A stretch of 54,512 bases of DNA, taken from contig BFEA01000026.1 of the NCBI GenBank assembly GCA_003427395.1, positions 423,058-477,569 of the forward strand, in the 5' to 3' direction. The stretch's first letter is position 1, and each line of letters begins with the position of its first letter. The stretch is from Chara braunii (Eukaryota; Plantae; Charophyceae). Of this stretch, positions 12,210 through 24,099 are shown in pieces. The translations under genes were made by a program, and so were the position numbers. The notes beneath the pieces were generated by a model, which was not told the origin of the DNA, made no database searches, and saw only the letters and a list, made by a program, of their open reading frames with translations.

Positions 12210-12790
12210 TGTTTTTTTATCTTTTTTTTTTCCTTTTTGGAGAGCACGCACCCTCCTGTGCTAGCAGTGATGGTAAAAGTCAACCCTGCTAGCGCCGGGG
12301 GGGGGGGGGAGGAGGCTCCATCTATTGGTGGGGAGCATCATGATAACCTGATGGAAAGCGGGTCCAACGTCCCTTACATAAGATAGTACAGACAATCGTA
12401 AAGAAAATAACAAGGAAATGCCCGACAACATTGATTGCTCTTAGTTCCAGACGATCGACTGCGCAGGTTTGCGGTAAGAGGAACTCTCTGCCTCCCGTTG
12501 TCTCAAGCATGCAACAGTTGGGGTTGTCATGATCCACCCCACCCCTTTCTCCCGCCAGTTGGCCGCCGTTCAGTATACTTCAGTCCGTAATCCAACTTAT
12601 GTCGCTCCATACCACTGTGCAAGGAATATGAGCGAGAGCGATAGAAATCCAAATTGGAAAATCACGAAGTAGTCCAGATAGTCGTGTACCAAACACAGAG
12701 CACAATGCACCAAGATACCATCCAAATAAGAGCAATATAATGAACTCGTATATCAATGGCAATGCTTTCTGGCCTCACCAACACAGGATT
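12210..12790 (-). mobile_element. 5'-truncated copy of a related L1-like LINE
   Basis: The minus strand carries GGGACGTTGGACCCGCTTTCCA...GCTCCCCACCAATAGATGGAGC (the same 3' module as 9388-9441). It is preceded by a Trp-rich stretch like the ORF2 C-terminus (12580-12762) and followed by an A-rich tail (T-rich on + at 12211-12238). Confidence 0.7.
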
Positions 12791-12849
12791 AGTTGTCACT
12801 CCTACTGATTTGTTCCCAGTGCCCAGCCTACACTACTCAACCTATCTAT

Positions 12850-13350
12850 GTCTGCCTACGTTTTTGCAACCAGATCGCATCGAAGTTGAAGACCAATGTA
12901 TGTGACGTCATCAAAATGTCGAGCGCAACATACACCAGGTACGTTCTCTTTCCTCCCCTCATCACACGCTGTCTCCCCTCTGCATGAGCCTCGTATCTAA
13001 ACACCACCATCGTCATCACCTGCTACCCGCACGCATAGCCCGGCTATGGGCGTCGTGCGCCCGCTGCCACTGCAGCGTCCTCTCACCTCTTGCGCCCGCG
13101 TGCGCCCCAGCCTGTCTACTTAGCGCAGTGTCACACAACAAAGCAGCAGTGTGGCAACATCTGCTCAGGCCATAATGTCGTGCCTCTGAGCTCACACTTT
13201 CCTATATGGAAAGTGCGCCCTGCCGCTGGCCTGCCTGGGCCTGGCGTGTAGGGGCCCAGTAGCTTCAAGTTGGCCCAAAATATTTGCGCCTCAGACCCAG
13301 TTTCAAACACTGATTCGGGCCTCGTGCAACTGGGCACGTCCAAGTAGCCC
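12850..13350 (+). repeat. Diverged member of the promoter/splice-donor repeat family also found at 35880-36900, 40900-41660 and 43155-44140
   Basis: Shares TGACGTCA, ACCAG|GTA(C/T)GT (12938) and the CTTTCC-TATAT-GGAAAG hairpin (13197-13213) with the other copies. Confidence 0.5.
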
Positions 13351-13439
13351 TCCAGGCTCCAAGTGTTTGCCGCATTCTCATTGGTCTGTGGTAGATGTGT
13401 GACGACAATATTGCATTGTCATTGGTCCACTGCCACTAC

Positions 13440-13975
13440 TTGATGAAATTGGGCGGGGAAATAAGTGATTCTGAGACTTTTGTATCGGGCGACCTCGTTT
13501 CTCACGTCGGAATTAGTAGACAGTTAGTGTAGGGAGAGAAAGAAGAGAAAAACGGTGCGCGGAGGTGTAGCGATGGCAAAAACAGTTATGGTAGAAGGAA
13601 ATAAAACTGTAGCGCGTCCGTTCCTCCATGGAATCGGGCGGGGAAAGAGGCATTTTGGGGGTTCTGAGCTAGGGCGAATCTATTAGTAAGATCAGATTTG
13701 GGTAAAAGTCAATAGATTAAGAGATTAGTAAAGAAAGTGTTGCATGGAAGAAGGGCAGAGGTGAAGTGAACGAGAGGGAAAAGTCATGTATCTCGCCCGT
13801 TTCTTGATGGAATCGGGCGAGTAAGGAGGCTAACCTGATGTCTTTGACCACTGCGATCATGATGGCATCAATGGATTTCAGGTTAAGGGTAAGGTATGGA
13901 CAGTAGAGTGGTTTTTGGCTGCGCCTGGGGAAAGGGGTGATGTATCTCCCCGCGTTTTAGCGGGAGATTCATTCA
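13440..13975. repeat. Degenerate ~180-bp tandem repeat with small palindromes
   Basis: (G/A)AAT(C/T)GGGCG(G/A)G at about 13446, 13631 and 13810; hairpins CTCGCCCG...CGGGCGAG and ATCTCCC.GC...GCGGGAGAT. Confidence 0.5.
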
Positions 13976-16320
13976 CCTTTCACATAACGGGTGTGTAGGG
14001 GGGCGGAAACAAGTCGGGACGTGCATGGTTACTTGGCGAAGGCGCATCTGGCTCATGTTCCAGCGAAAGAATTATCCCCTCCCCTCCGCCTGTCAACGCG
14101 GTTTTGGGGGAGCTTGTCGTCACAGTTGCCATAGCAGCGCCCATCGAGATCTCGTTGGCCACCCTCAATTGAGTCTCGAAGACCCGCCTGGTCACCGTCC
14201 CCGAAGCGACCACCTTCTTGTTCGTCTGGGAGGGGGTTGCCCTCGTGTCTGCTCATCGTGGCCGCTACTGCGATCGTGATTGTTCCTCCTCGCAGCCGCT
14301 TGCGCGGCCTCACCACGCTTGCTCCTATAAAAGTCGATGAACCTGGTCACCGTTTGGAGGAAGATCAGCAGCTAAAATGAAGAGCGGCTATGAGTTGGGC
14401 GCGAGCAGGCTACGAGGGAGATAGGAGTAGATCTCACTGATCTCCTAATAGATTTCAGTACTGAAATCAACCAACATAAGTTTGAGGTATTGCAGTTAGT
14501 TTGCACTCGCCAACCTTGCGGATCGGATTCTGTAATGGTCGTTGCTGGTGGGGTACAGCATGTGCGGAATGTTCTGCGAATGTATCCTCTCGTATTGTAG
14601 CAGAAGGTACATGGGCATGTTGCATTGTCGACAGGTAAGGGAATGAGAACGCTTATCGCAGGCGTTCTACTAGCAGTCACGATCGGTATGGTCATGTGGT
14701 TCGTCTTAAGGGCTCACGCGACTGTGTTGTTGTCATGACTAAGCTAGTACTGCGAACGGAAGACTCATTCTGATTTAGCCCATCCGAGCGATCGGAAGGC
14801 GTGAAGTGAGCTGGGAGGTTGGAGATTTAGCCACCGATAGCGATGTTGATGAACATGATTGCACTGTTGAGGGTGGTCGCAGTATTGATTGATCCCGCTG
14901 CCACGATTCCGGTTATGCCTTATTATGGTAAGGACCAGGCTCATTACGACAATAAAAACTCCTCCGTTAAAGTTCGAGTGAACCCGGCCACGCTTGTGAC
15001 CAGCTGCGTTTTTTTTGCAGGCGGGCTGTTGTGTCGATAGTAAGGAGGAGGGAACGTGGTGACCACGTCATTTCATAGCATGGAGGAGGACTTGTGAAAT
15101 TACGAACTTTCCTAGTAGCTGCTGCATTGCTTATCTTGACGGAAATGGTGGACGCAGCAGGCCAAACGCGAAGGAGCAGGCTTACCAGCTGACTGAGGGG
15201 ACTGCCCATACAGTCAGGTGAAGCAGCAGAGGACGACAACAGGGTTGGGGGACTTGCCACTTAGCAGAAGTGCTGCATGTATCATCAACTGAAGTGGCGG
15301 AGCCTGCGAGCCAAAGGTCTGTAAGCTTACTTACTGGTCTCTATGTTATCCATCATTTGTTAGACCGGAAGAGTGAGGAGAAAGGTTGTGGGATTGCAGA
15401 TCTACCTGTTGGCTGGCAGACCGTCATCCCGTCAGCCTGCGCGGCAAGAAGACCAGCTGCAGAGATTACTGAACTACCGGCTGACGGAAGAGTTGCTCAG
15501 CCTGCTGTATCTGAGTAAAGAAAGGCGAGCCGCAAGGCTGACAACCCGCTAATACTCTGCTGATCGTATCATGCGACGCAGCTGAAGGCAGGCCGCAAGG
15601 AGTAGGTTTGGTCACAGGGCGGTGCGTTGTCCATCCTATTGAACGGAGTAGGGGAAGGAGAGCCAGGGGACTGCAGATCTACTTGTGATCAATGGGTTTC
15701 GGGTCACGAGCTCGCTAAGAGAATTGAGATCGTTGAAAGGGAGTCATCAGGGAGTCAGCAGTTGGTGCTTTGACTTCGGTTGACCAACGACTGTGTATCT
15801 TGGCTGCCATTGCGGGGCCCTCAGGCGCACAAAGGTTACAAGACCCTCTCCAGAGAGTTGAGTTTGTCCCTCTCCTGTATCTCGAGAGTCTGAAACCCCT
15901 TATCTTCTGCCCTTCTTACTCTCAGTCTAATCCTGGTTACGAGAGGAAGGCGGCAGGCGAAATTGCAACCTGTAGGACCGCAGCAAGACTCTGTAGGGAG
16001 TCAGCCCACCGATTGTGAGAGCTCTGCCGGAAATCAGGAGGAGTTATGGAAGCAGGGAACTGAGAGGTAATCATTGCTTTCCTTCTATAACCCCAGTATA
16101 ACCCTTATCTGTATTCCTTGATATGTTTTGACTGAGCATACTGCATGCACCCCTACTTTGACTTTTAGTTTGACTTTCAGGACACAACCCAGACTAAGTA
16201 AAAGAATGTATGCTCAATGTCAGTTTTAGTTTAATTGTCTGACTGAAAAGAAATTGTGGGATTGCATCTGGGGGAAGGATGTGAGGCACTATTGCTTCAA
16301 AGTTTGTTTGGGTCATTAAG

Positions 16321-16916
16321 GCTGGGAAGTCCCAATAAGTTTGGGGAGACCTAGTGCTGTGTTTAGTTCTGAATGTTCTGGAGGTTAGGAAGTCCCCATA
16401 AGTTTGGGGAGACCTAGTGATGTGAAATTGCATGGAGAGTTAGGCCATTCTATAAGTTTAGGTGGTCTGGTTGCTCTGACTTGTGAGGGTTAATTGTGAT
16501 TGGACTTTTCAGGAGCCAAGCACATTTTGTAAGTTCAGGTGGCTTGGTTGCCTTATCTACTTTGTGTTTCTATCAGTTTCTTTAGTTTCTGAACGAGGAG
16601 GTTTGAGCATGTTCCATAAGTTTGGGTGACTCAGCCTCTTCCTGCTTTGGCCTTGAGATAAATGAACCAGACTGAGGACCAAGACATGTTCCATAAGTTT
16701 GGGTGGTCTTGGTCCAATGCCTCGCACATGCTGGAACCCGAAGGTTATAATTTGGCTATACTTTATTACTATCTTATTTAATAACAGGCTAGTCAGACTA
16801 TTCTATAAGTTTAGGTAGTCTGACTATAGCTTATCACAATCTGAAGAAAGTATAACTGAGAGTAACTTGGGCCGACTGAGCATTGTTTCTAAGACGAATG
16901 GCTCAGTCCTACGCCC
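16321..16916 (+). other. Array of about 8 stem-loops with a conserved (A)TAAGTT(T) loop and divergent stems
   Basis: Loops at 16335, 16398, 16452, 16530, 16616, 16693 and 16805, plus a variant CTAAG at 16889. The stems pair on the + strand with G-U wobbles. Confidence 0.85.
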
Positions 16917-17519
16917 GCTTTGAAGATTAAGTTCGGAGAGATATATACAATCTGGCTACTAAACAGTTCAGGGCGACTAGGATGGCCTAGTCATATGCTC
17001 AAAGAAGATAAAAGTTGTTGTGCCCGAAATGCTAATTTCAGTTTTGGACTCGTTACCCATGACATGAAACTAGGGGTCCCCGTTAACCAAATAAAAACCC
17101 TAATTTTCAGACCACTTGCCATGCCATTTATAAAAAAACAAAGGGTCATTTAAATCAAATTTGCCATCAATTCATAGAGTGGAGACCATATTAACCGACG
17201 AAAAAAAAAAAAAAAAAAAGATTTATAATAAAAAACATACAAAACAATATTTTCATGAAATTCGCAAATATTTTAATTTTAGAAATCTTGAAAATTTTCA
17301 GAAATCTTAACAGAGGAAATTTCAATTCTCCAAATGAAATAAAATTTGACACACAGTAACAGAGGAAATTTCAATTTTCGAAATGACACAAAATTTGACA
17401 TACAACAACCTTGAACCAAACAAAAACAGACAATTTTTTTTTTTCTTCAAAATAATTTCAGCTTTGGACTCGTTACCCAGGGTCTGAAATTGAGGGTCCT
17501 CGATAACCATTTGTGACTA

Positions 17520-19255
17520 TATGTTGCGATACTCTTATCTACTTTACTCCACTCCCCTCCGCTCTACTTTTCTCTATTCTACTCTAGTACACTCGACTCT
17601 ACTCGACTTTACTCGACTCGACGCTACTCTACTCTACACTACACTACTTTACTCTACTTTGTCTTACTCTTTCTTACTCCACTCTCCGATATGCTACTAC
17701 TTTACAATACTTTATGTTACAATACTCTAATCTACTCAAGTTTTCTTTGCTCTACTCTACTCTACTCTTTCCTATTTTACTCTATTCTACTCGATTCTAC
17801 TTTACTGTACTCTATCACTGTACTCTACTCCAGGATACTCTACTCTATGATACTTTATGTTTCCTTATTCATCTCAAGTCTACTCTTGTCTACTCTTCTC
17901 TTCCCTACTGTACTCTACTTTACTTTACTCTACAATAATCTACCCTTCCCTACTTTTCTCGACTCTACTTTTTTTCACTTCTCTCTTCCATAAGCTTCTC
18001 TTCTCTACTCTACACTTCCTTGCTCTGCTCTGTTCTGCTATGGTCCACTCTACTCTACTCTACACTTCCCTACTCTACTCCACTCTACCCTACTCCACTC
18101 CACTCTACTCTACTTTACTTTACTCTCCTCCACTCCTCTCTGCTCCACTCCACTGTTTTACACACTACTCTACTTCATTCCACGCCACGCCACTCCACTC
18201 CACTCCAATTTGCTCAGCTCCACTCTCCTCCACTCCATTCCACTCCACTCCACTCTACTTCACTATACTCTCCTCGACTCAACGTTACTCCACACTTCAT
18301 TCTACTTCACTTTACTCCATTCGACTCGACTATATTCCACTAGACTCCACTCCACACCACTCTGTTCGACTCTTCTCCCGCTACTTCACTTCACTCTCCT
18401 CCATTCCATGTTACTCCACTCCACTCCATTCTACTCGAGTCCACTTCACTCCATTCGACTCAACGATATTCTACTAGACTCTACTCCACACCACTCCACT
18501 ACTCTACTCTACTCGACTCTTCTCCACCCGATTCTCCTCTACTCTACACCACTATACTCAACTCTACTATACTCTCAACTCTACTATACTTTGCTTTACT
18601 ATACTTTATTATAATCTAAACTACTTTGCTCTATTAGAGTCAGGTTGATCTCGTTTTGAGTATCGCTTTAATTTGTTTTAGAGCATAGGTCCATTTGAGG
18701 TACGCCCATCTTCTCTACTCTACTCCACTCGACTCTATTCTACTCGACTCGACGCGAATTCTATTGTACTTTATGCTACACTACTATAAGCTACGCTACT
18801 CTACTCTACTCTACTCTACTCTACTCTTTCCTATTTTACTCTACTGTACTTTTTTCTATTTTACTGTACTCTACTCGATTCGACTTTACTTTACTCTAAC
18901 CTACTCTACTCTACTCTAGGATACTGTATTGTTTACTCTATGATACTTTATGCTTCCCTACTCTTCTCCACTCTACTATTTTCTACTCTTCTTTTTCCTA
19001 AGTTTTTCTTCCCTACTCTACTCTACTCTAGGATACTCTACTTTACTCTACAATACTCTATGCTGCCCTACTCTTTTCGACTCTACTTTTTTTCTCTTTT
19101 CTCTTCCCTACTCTTCTTTACTTTACGCTCCCTGCTCTGCTCTACTCTACTTTATGCTTCCCTACTCCACTCTACTATATTATACTCCACTGTACTCCAT
19201 TGTACTCCACTCTACTTTACTATACTCTCCTCCACTCCTCTTTGCTCCACTCCCA
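17520..19255. repeat. Degenerate pentamer satellite (CTACT/CCACT)n
   Basis: About 1.7 kb of CTACT, CCACT and CGACT units, interrupted by a ~75-bp unrelated stretch at about 18635-18710. Confidence 0.95.
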
Positions 19256-19599
19256 ATAATTATCTGTCTGATCTGGACAAAACGACCTTTCAAACCTTTT
19301 CTATTGTCATTATAGTATTACAGGGAACCCTGCAGCAACCACATCTGTGTTCAAGCCTCCAACAAGGGAACATGCAGAAGGTGCACCCTCCAGCAGGAGC
19401 GACACCTGCTACAGCAGGTTGACGATACCGTGCAGGGATTAGCCTGTAGCATTGCTAGTGAAACCGAGCTTCTTCGACGGGTCGTTTGTTGTGCCTCTCC
19501 TGTGGTCCCCTGCCCCTACGAACATCAACAACCTCTGCTCAATGCCGCACGGGGGGCCCAACGACCTATCTCTAGGTGGCGGGCACCAAGTTTGCTCAA

Positions 19600-19680
19600 G
19601 AAGGTACATGAGGCCAATGGGGATTGAACCCAAGACCTCTTATATGTCACTGCCTTACCAACTAGTCCGCTAAATCTCCA
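19600..19680 (-). mobile_element. tRNA-derived SINE-like head
   Basis: Minus strand reads TAGCGGACTAGTTGGTAAGGCA...GAGGTCTTGGGTTCAATCCCCAT (A and B boxes); homologous to 20475-20550 (+). Confidence 0.6.
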
Positions 19681-20197
19681 TATACTTTTGGGGTAAGTAG
19701 TGTTCCATTGGAAAAAAAGAAAAAAGTAAGCAGTGTGACTACACACAGTTCCTGTGAGATGCAAGTGTCAGGGCCGCAACTCTGTTCTTTATGGACACAG
19801 AAGGCCGGTGTGACCACCCAAAGGCACAAATACATGGAACCATCGTTCCAAAAAGCTACGGTAGGGTGGGACAGTCACGCGTGGGCGCTGCGGCTGGCGA
19901 TTGCACCCAGTCTCAACGCCGTTTATGGTTGGGTGAGCCTGTTCAGCGGTTGGGACCTTCAACGCGAAAGTGTATATCCATCCCTTCGTGGTGACGAAGG
20001 GCTATGGTTGTTGTGTAGCCATAGCTGGCGATATCGACGAACAGTTTTTGTCACCGATCGTCCTTCCTCTGCCCGTCTACGATAGTCGTTGCTTTTTCGT
20101 GGTAGCTGAAGCATGTGTTTGTCATGGTTGTGAAGTTTCGGTTAGAAACTGACATCTCATTAGGGCTAGTATGGAGCCAAAAGGTACTCCTCATGGG

Positions 20198-20331
20198 GAA
20201 AGGGATTTGAGATCCCAAGTACCCAACGACTATCAGCTGGAAAGATAGAGTAAGAGAAATGATTAAAGGGATTTGAGATCCCAAGTACCCAGCGACTATC
20301 GGTTGGAAAGATAGAATAAGAGAAATGATTA
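20198..20331. repeat. ~67-bp tandem duplication
   Basis: AAAGGGATTTGAGATCCCAAGTACCCA.CGACTATC.G.TGGAAAGATAGA.TAAGAGAAATGATTA, twice. Confidence 0.9.
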
Positions 20332-20474
20332 GAGCATGCTTTGTCGTGGCTGTGAAGCTTCTGTTTAGAAACCCTGACTGAGGCGTTTACCTCACCTGTA
20401 AGCTTAAGCCGGATGATGCTTCAACAATGTTTCTGCGACTAATGTAGGGGTTCCCCTGTACAAATGATTAGCTC

Positions 20475-20550
20475 AGTGGCATTTCGCATATTGGTTAGGC
20501 ACACAAGTGGCACTCAGGAGGTCGTGGGTTCAATCCCCATGCCCGCATGC
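20475..20550 (+). mobile_element. tRNA-derived SINE-like head
   Basis: TTGGTTAGGCA...GGAGGTCGTGGGTTCAATCCCCAT; inverted homolog of 19600-19680. Confidence 0.6.
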
Positions 20551-20930
20551 GTGATTCCTGGTGCCAACCAACTGAGATAGTCAGCTGGATACTCGTAGTC
20601 GATTAGCAGGGTTTTCAGCCAAGACAGGTGCGAGTGCGAGTGTGAGTGGGTTGCATGTGGTGTGGGGGAGAGTGTTGGCCTTAGACACTGCTGTTACTGG
20701 ATGGGGTTGGGGTAAGACGAAAAGGGAGGTGCAGCAGCTGCAGCTACTGGCAACTGCTTGGTCCTTGTGTTGGCAGGGGCCCCCACGGGTGGCCCCAACC
20801 CTGCACCCTAAACCACTACGGCAAGGGGCACAAATGCAATTACCTCCCCCCACCGGGTGAGGCAAACGAGAGGTAGATAGCTATGCTTGTAGGGGTCATG
20901 AAAGTATGAAAGAACTTGAGAGAGAAAAAA

Positions 20931-21287
20931 GGGGACAATTTTCGAAATGCCCCTCGACTTCCATTTATTTGCTGTATCCCCCTAGGGTATCTGAAGTCCT
21001 GCAGGCCCCTGTCAGTGAGGGGTGCAACTTTCCCGCATACCCCTGTGGCTGTTGGTGGCACTGGCTGCCGTTCCCCTACCAGTAGCCGGGGGAGGGGAGC
21101 TACTGCGGCATACTGGAAATTTGAAACCTACCTGGTAGGGGAACATTGAACATATTTCAGGCCCCGAATGATGGCAGGGGTATTTCGGAAACATCAATAG
21201 TTGTCAGAGCGGCGAGACAGGGTAAGTCTACCGAGGGGCATACCGCAAATAAATGAAAGTGGGAGGGGCATTTCGAAAATTTTCGCA
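20931..21287. mobile_element. MITE with ~60-bp imperfect TIRs (possibly Mutator-like)
   Basis: AATTTTCGAAATGCCCCTC..CTT.CATTTATTTGC.GTAT.CCC at the left end is inverted at 21235-21283. No clear TSD. Confidence 0.7.
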
Positions 21288-22226
21288 AACACAAAAACGA
21301 GAACTGTAAGCGTTCCTGACCGTTGTAACTACGGGGTTCCCTGTAAACGCTTCATACCGGTAAGTGGAATTACCCCTTCTCCCTCCCCCCCATCCTCAAG
21401 GTATATACAGGTATCGATAGATGAGGGGTTGTGAAAAGCTGTGTTCTTGCACACGAAAAGAGGACCCCGCAAGTCAAAGTCCTTCCGTAACCTTGAAGCG
21501 GCGTTTTCGTTTTTTTTTATAATTTTATATATATATATGACGATATATATACGATATATATATATTTTTTTACTTAATTTTTTTAAACGGCGTTTTCGTT
21601 GTAGTTACGGTAATTCAAAAAGGGAGCACGGAAAGACAGGTGTCACTCGTAGGTCCTTCCCACAACGTCTAGGCGTCGCCATGGCCATGACCATGTTTAT
21701 CATAACAGGACCTTCTACGCTTTCTTCTTCATCTTCTTGCACTTGCAAAAGAAATGAAACGAAATGGGGATTCCTTTACACTGTTTCTTCTTCTTGTTCT
21801 TGTTCGTCCGCCTTCCTCTTCCTCTCTTTTTCTCTGTCCCTCTCCTCCTCCTCGTTGTCGGTCGGTGTCGTCGTCGTCCTACTGCTCTTCGCCTTCCTCC
21901 TCGTGCTCCTCTGCCTGTTTCTACTTCCTCCGACTCTTTTGTTTTTCGTTTTGTCGATGCTTGTACGAGAAGCAGTCTATGACCACTGTTTTCACTCTTC
22001 TTCTTCTTCTTCTTCTGCTTCTTGTCCTTCTTCTTCTTCTTCTTCTTCTCTGCACGTGTCAGAGACTTGTGCATGCGGATTTGTTTGGAAAAGCTTGAGA
22101 TGCATGTACGAAACACGTGTTTGGCCTCCGTTGTCGCTGTTATTCTTCTTTGCTTTCATTGTTGTTGTTCCAAATCTCAAAAACTCGGAGAGGAAACTTT
22201 GCTTCTGCTGCATTGTTCTATCGTTT

Positions 22227-22388
22227 GTTTTTTTTTTTTTTTCAAAACGGCGATGGTCTTGGGATATCTTCATTGATCGGACCGGCAATTCAGAATGATT
22301 TATTCAATTCATCAACGTCCAACAGGATTTGAACTCAGGTCTGTATTTCAAAGGTTCATGGGTGTACCGACTGAGCTAGGCTCGTTGG
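22227..22388 (-). mobile_element. tRNA-derived SINE with poly(A) tail and TSD
   Basis: Minus strand CCTAGCTCAGTCGGTACACCCATGAAC...GAGTTCAAATCC, then body and A-tail; TSD TATCGTTT at 22219-22226 and 22389-22396; homolog at 24224-24435. Confidence 0.85.
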
Positions 22389-22556
22389 TATCGTTTTTTT
22401 TTCCCAATTTGTTCATCCGTCTCTTGTAGGTCACCCAGCGATCTACGAAGGCTGCTCGAGCAGACGCCTCCATGATCCCCTCCCTTAGCCAATCTGAATA
22501 CGCACGCGCGCGCGGCCACACATATGCACACACAAGCAAAGCACGATAAGGGCAAA

Positions 22557-22676
22557 AGTATGGTTGTATCTATGGGACGCTGGACCCGGTTTCCAGCAGG
22601 TGTTGCTCCCCACCAGTAGATGGAAGCCTTGTCTGGTTAAAAAAAAACAAAACAAAAAAAACAAACAAACAAACAA
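22557..22676 (+). mobile_element. Very short retroposed copy of the LINE 3' structural module
   Basis: TSD ACGATAAGGGCAAA at 22543-22556 and 22677-22690. Contains GGGACGCTGGACCCGGTTTCCAGCAGGTGTTGCTCCCCACCAGTAGATGGA, nearly identical to 9388-9438, then an A/(CAAA)n tail. Confidence 0.9.
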
Positions 22677-22765
22677 ACGATAAGGGCAAATTCTAACCTC
22701 GTGGGGATCTGTATGAATCGCCCTCGGAGTGGTCGACCCACCGCCTGCCGCGTGTGTTGACGATC

Positions 22766-22836
<71 letters not shown>

Positions 22837-22930
22837 GTGCTCTCCTCTCTCCTAGTTCTCTTCCTGGGCTCATCTGTCAGTCTGCCTGCCTGCCTCCTTG
22901 TCTCTCTCTGTGTCTGTCTTCTGCTCTCTC

Positions 22931-23002
<72 letters not shown>

Positions 23003-24023
23003 CCTCCCTCCCTCCCTCCCTCTCTCCGTCTCTCTCTCTCCCCCTCTGCCTACAAATACACGCTCAGCTTAGCCATCCATCTCACAGTGCTCTTGTTTCT
23101 TTCTCTCTTTCTTCCGCTGTGAACCAGCTGTATCCTGGAGATGTTCGCTGGTCGAGGGTACGCGTGATGGCCTTCGGTACGTGGGAGTGAATGCCGCGAA
23201 TATGCTCGTTGTTCGGATCCAGAACTGGCCCTAAGATTCGGCCCTTCCTGATACACTTGCTGCGCTCTGTTTTATCCTTGTTCAAACTCTTTAAGGCTGC
23301 CGGCTCCGATCTCGGAGGCTTTCTCTCTCCCATTCTTCCCCTCTCTCTCACCTAGTTTTCCTCTCTTCCTCTCTCTTCCTCTCTTCCTCTCTTTCTCCCT
23401 CCTGCTGTCTCTCTTCCTCTCTCTCTCCCTCTCTTCTTCTCTTTCTCTCTCTGTCCCTCTCTTCCCCTCTTCCTCTTCCTCTCCACCTTATTGTCCCTCC
23501 AACTCTTCCTTTCTTTCTCTCTCCTTCCCCTCTCTTCCTCTTTCTGTCCCACTCTTCTTTTTTCTGCCTCCTCTTCTTCCTCTCGTCCTCTCTTGGTCAA
23601 GTCGGCTTTGGCCTTCCGTTCTCTCCCGCCTTTGCCGGCTTGTTTCTGCTCTGTGAGAGAATCATTGTTGCCGAACATCCTCCTCCTCCTCCTCCTTCTC
23701 CTCCTCCTCCTCCTCCACGTCCACCTTCTCCTGTTCCTCTTTCTCCACCCCTTTCTCATCTCTCTTTCCCCTTCTCCCCTCCGCAGCATCCCCCACTTGC
23801 GCGCATCCGGGTGGTGCTGCTGGTGCTGCGTCCCATCCATCGTCTTGGTTATCCTCGGCCGGCTCTTTGCCTCATGCTCTGCCACGTCATTGGCATCCCC
23901 ACCTCTCCCTTAGTGCATGCACTGCCCCGCTCCTGCACGATCGTCGTCGCCATCACTTTGAAAAATCGTATGCACCACCTCCACTTTATCATCGACATCA
24001 TCAACCACGTTATTAATTTAAGG

Positions 24024-24099
24024 CGGAGCCTACGACCGGACTTGAACCGGAGACCTTCCCCTTTCCACGACAGTGCTCTACCAGCTGAGCTACGTTGGC
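24024..24099 (-). pseudogene. tRNA-like pseudogene resembling bacterial/organellar tRNA-Thr(GGU)
   Basis: GCCAACG acceptor stem (1 mismatch), GCTC/GAGC D-stem, CCGG-TTCAAGT-CCGG T-arm. The anticodon stem is broken and the loop reads GGA. Confidence 0.65.

Larger units (their letters stand above)
19321..21342. mobile_element. Possible non-autonomous Tc1/mariner-type element(s) with TA|CAGGGAACCC...GGGTTCCCTG|TA ends
   Basis: CAGGGAACCC at 19321 is preceded by TA. Inverted copies end at about 20458 and 21342, each followed by TA. Which ends pair is unclear. Confidence 0.4.

Noticed and set aside
13200-13210. CArG box in CCTATATGG
   Set aside because: Only five A/T bases between CC and GG; better explained as a repeat-family hairpin.
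16321-16916. CRISPR array interpretation of the hairpin array
   Set aside because: Only the loop is conserved, the repeats are not identical, spacing is irregular and there are no cas genes.
18674-18690. GTTTTTAGAGC resembling the start of a Cas9 repeat
   Set aside because: A single short match within a satellite interruption; chance.
17520-19422. Long Leu/Tyr/Ser/Thr-rich ORFs
   Set aside because: Translations of the CTACT satellite.
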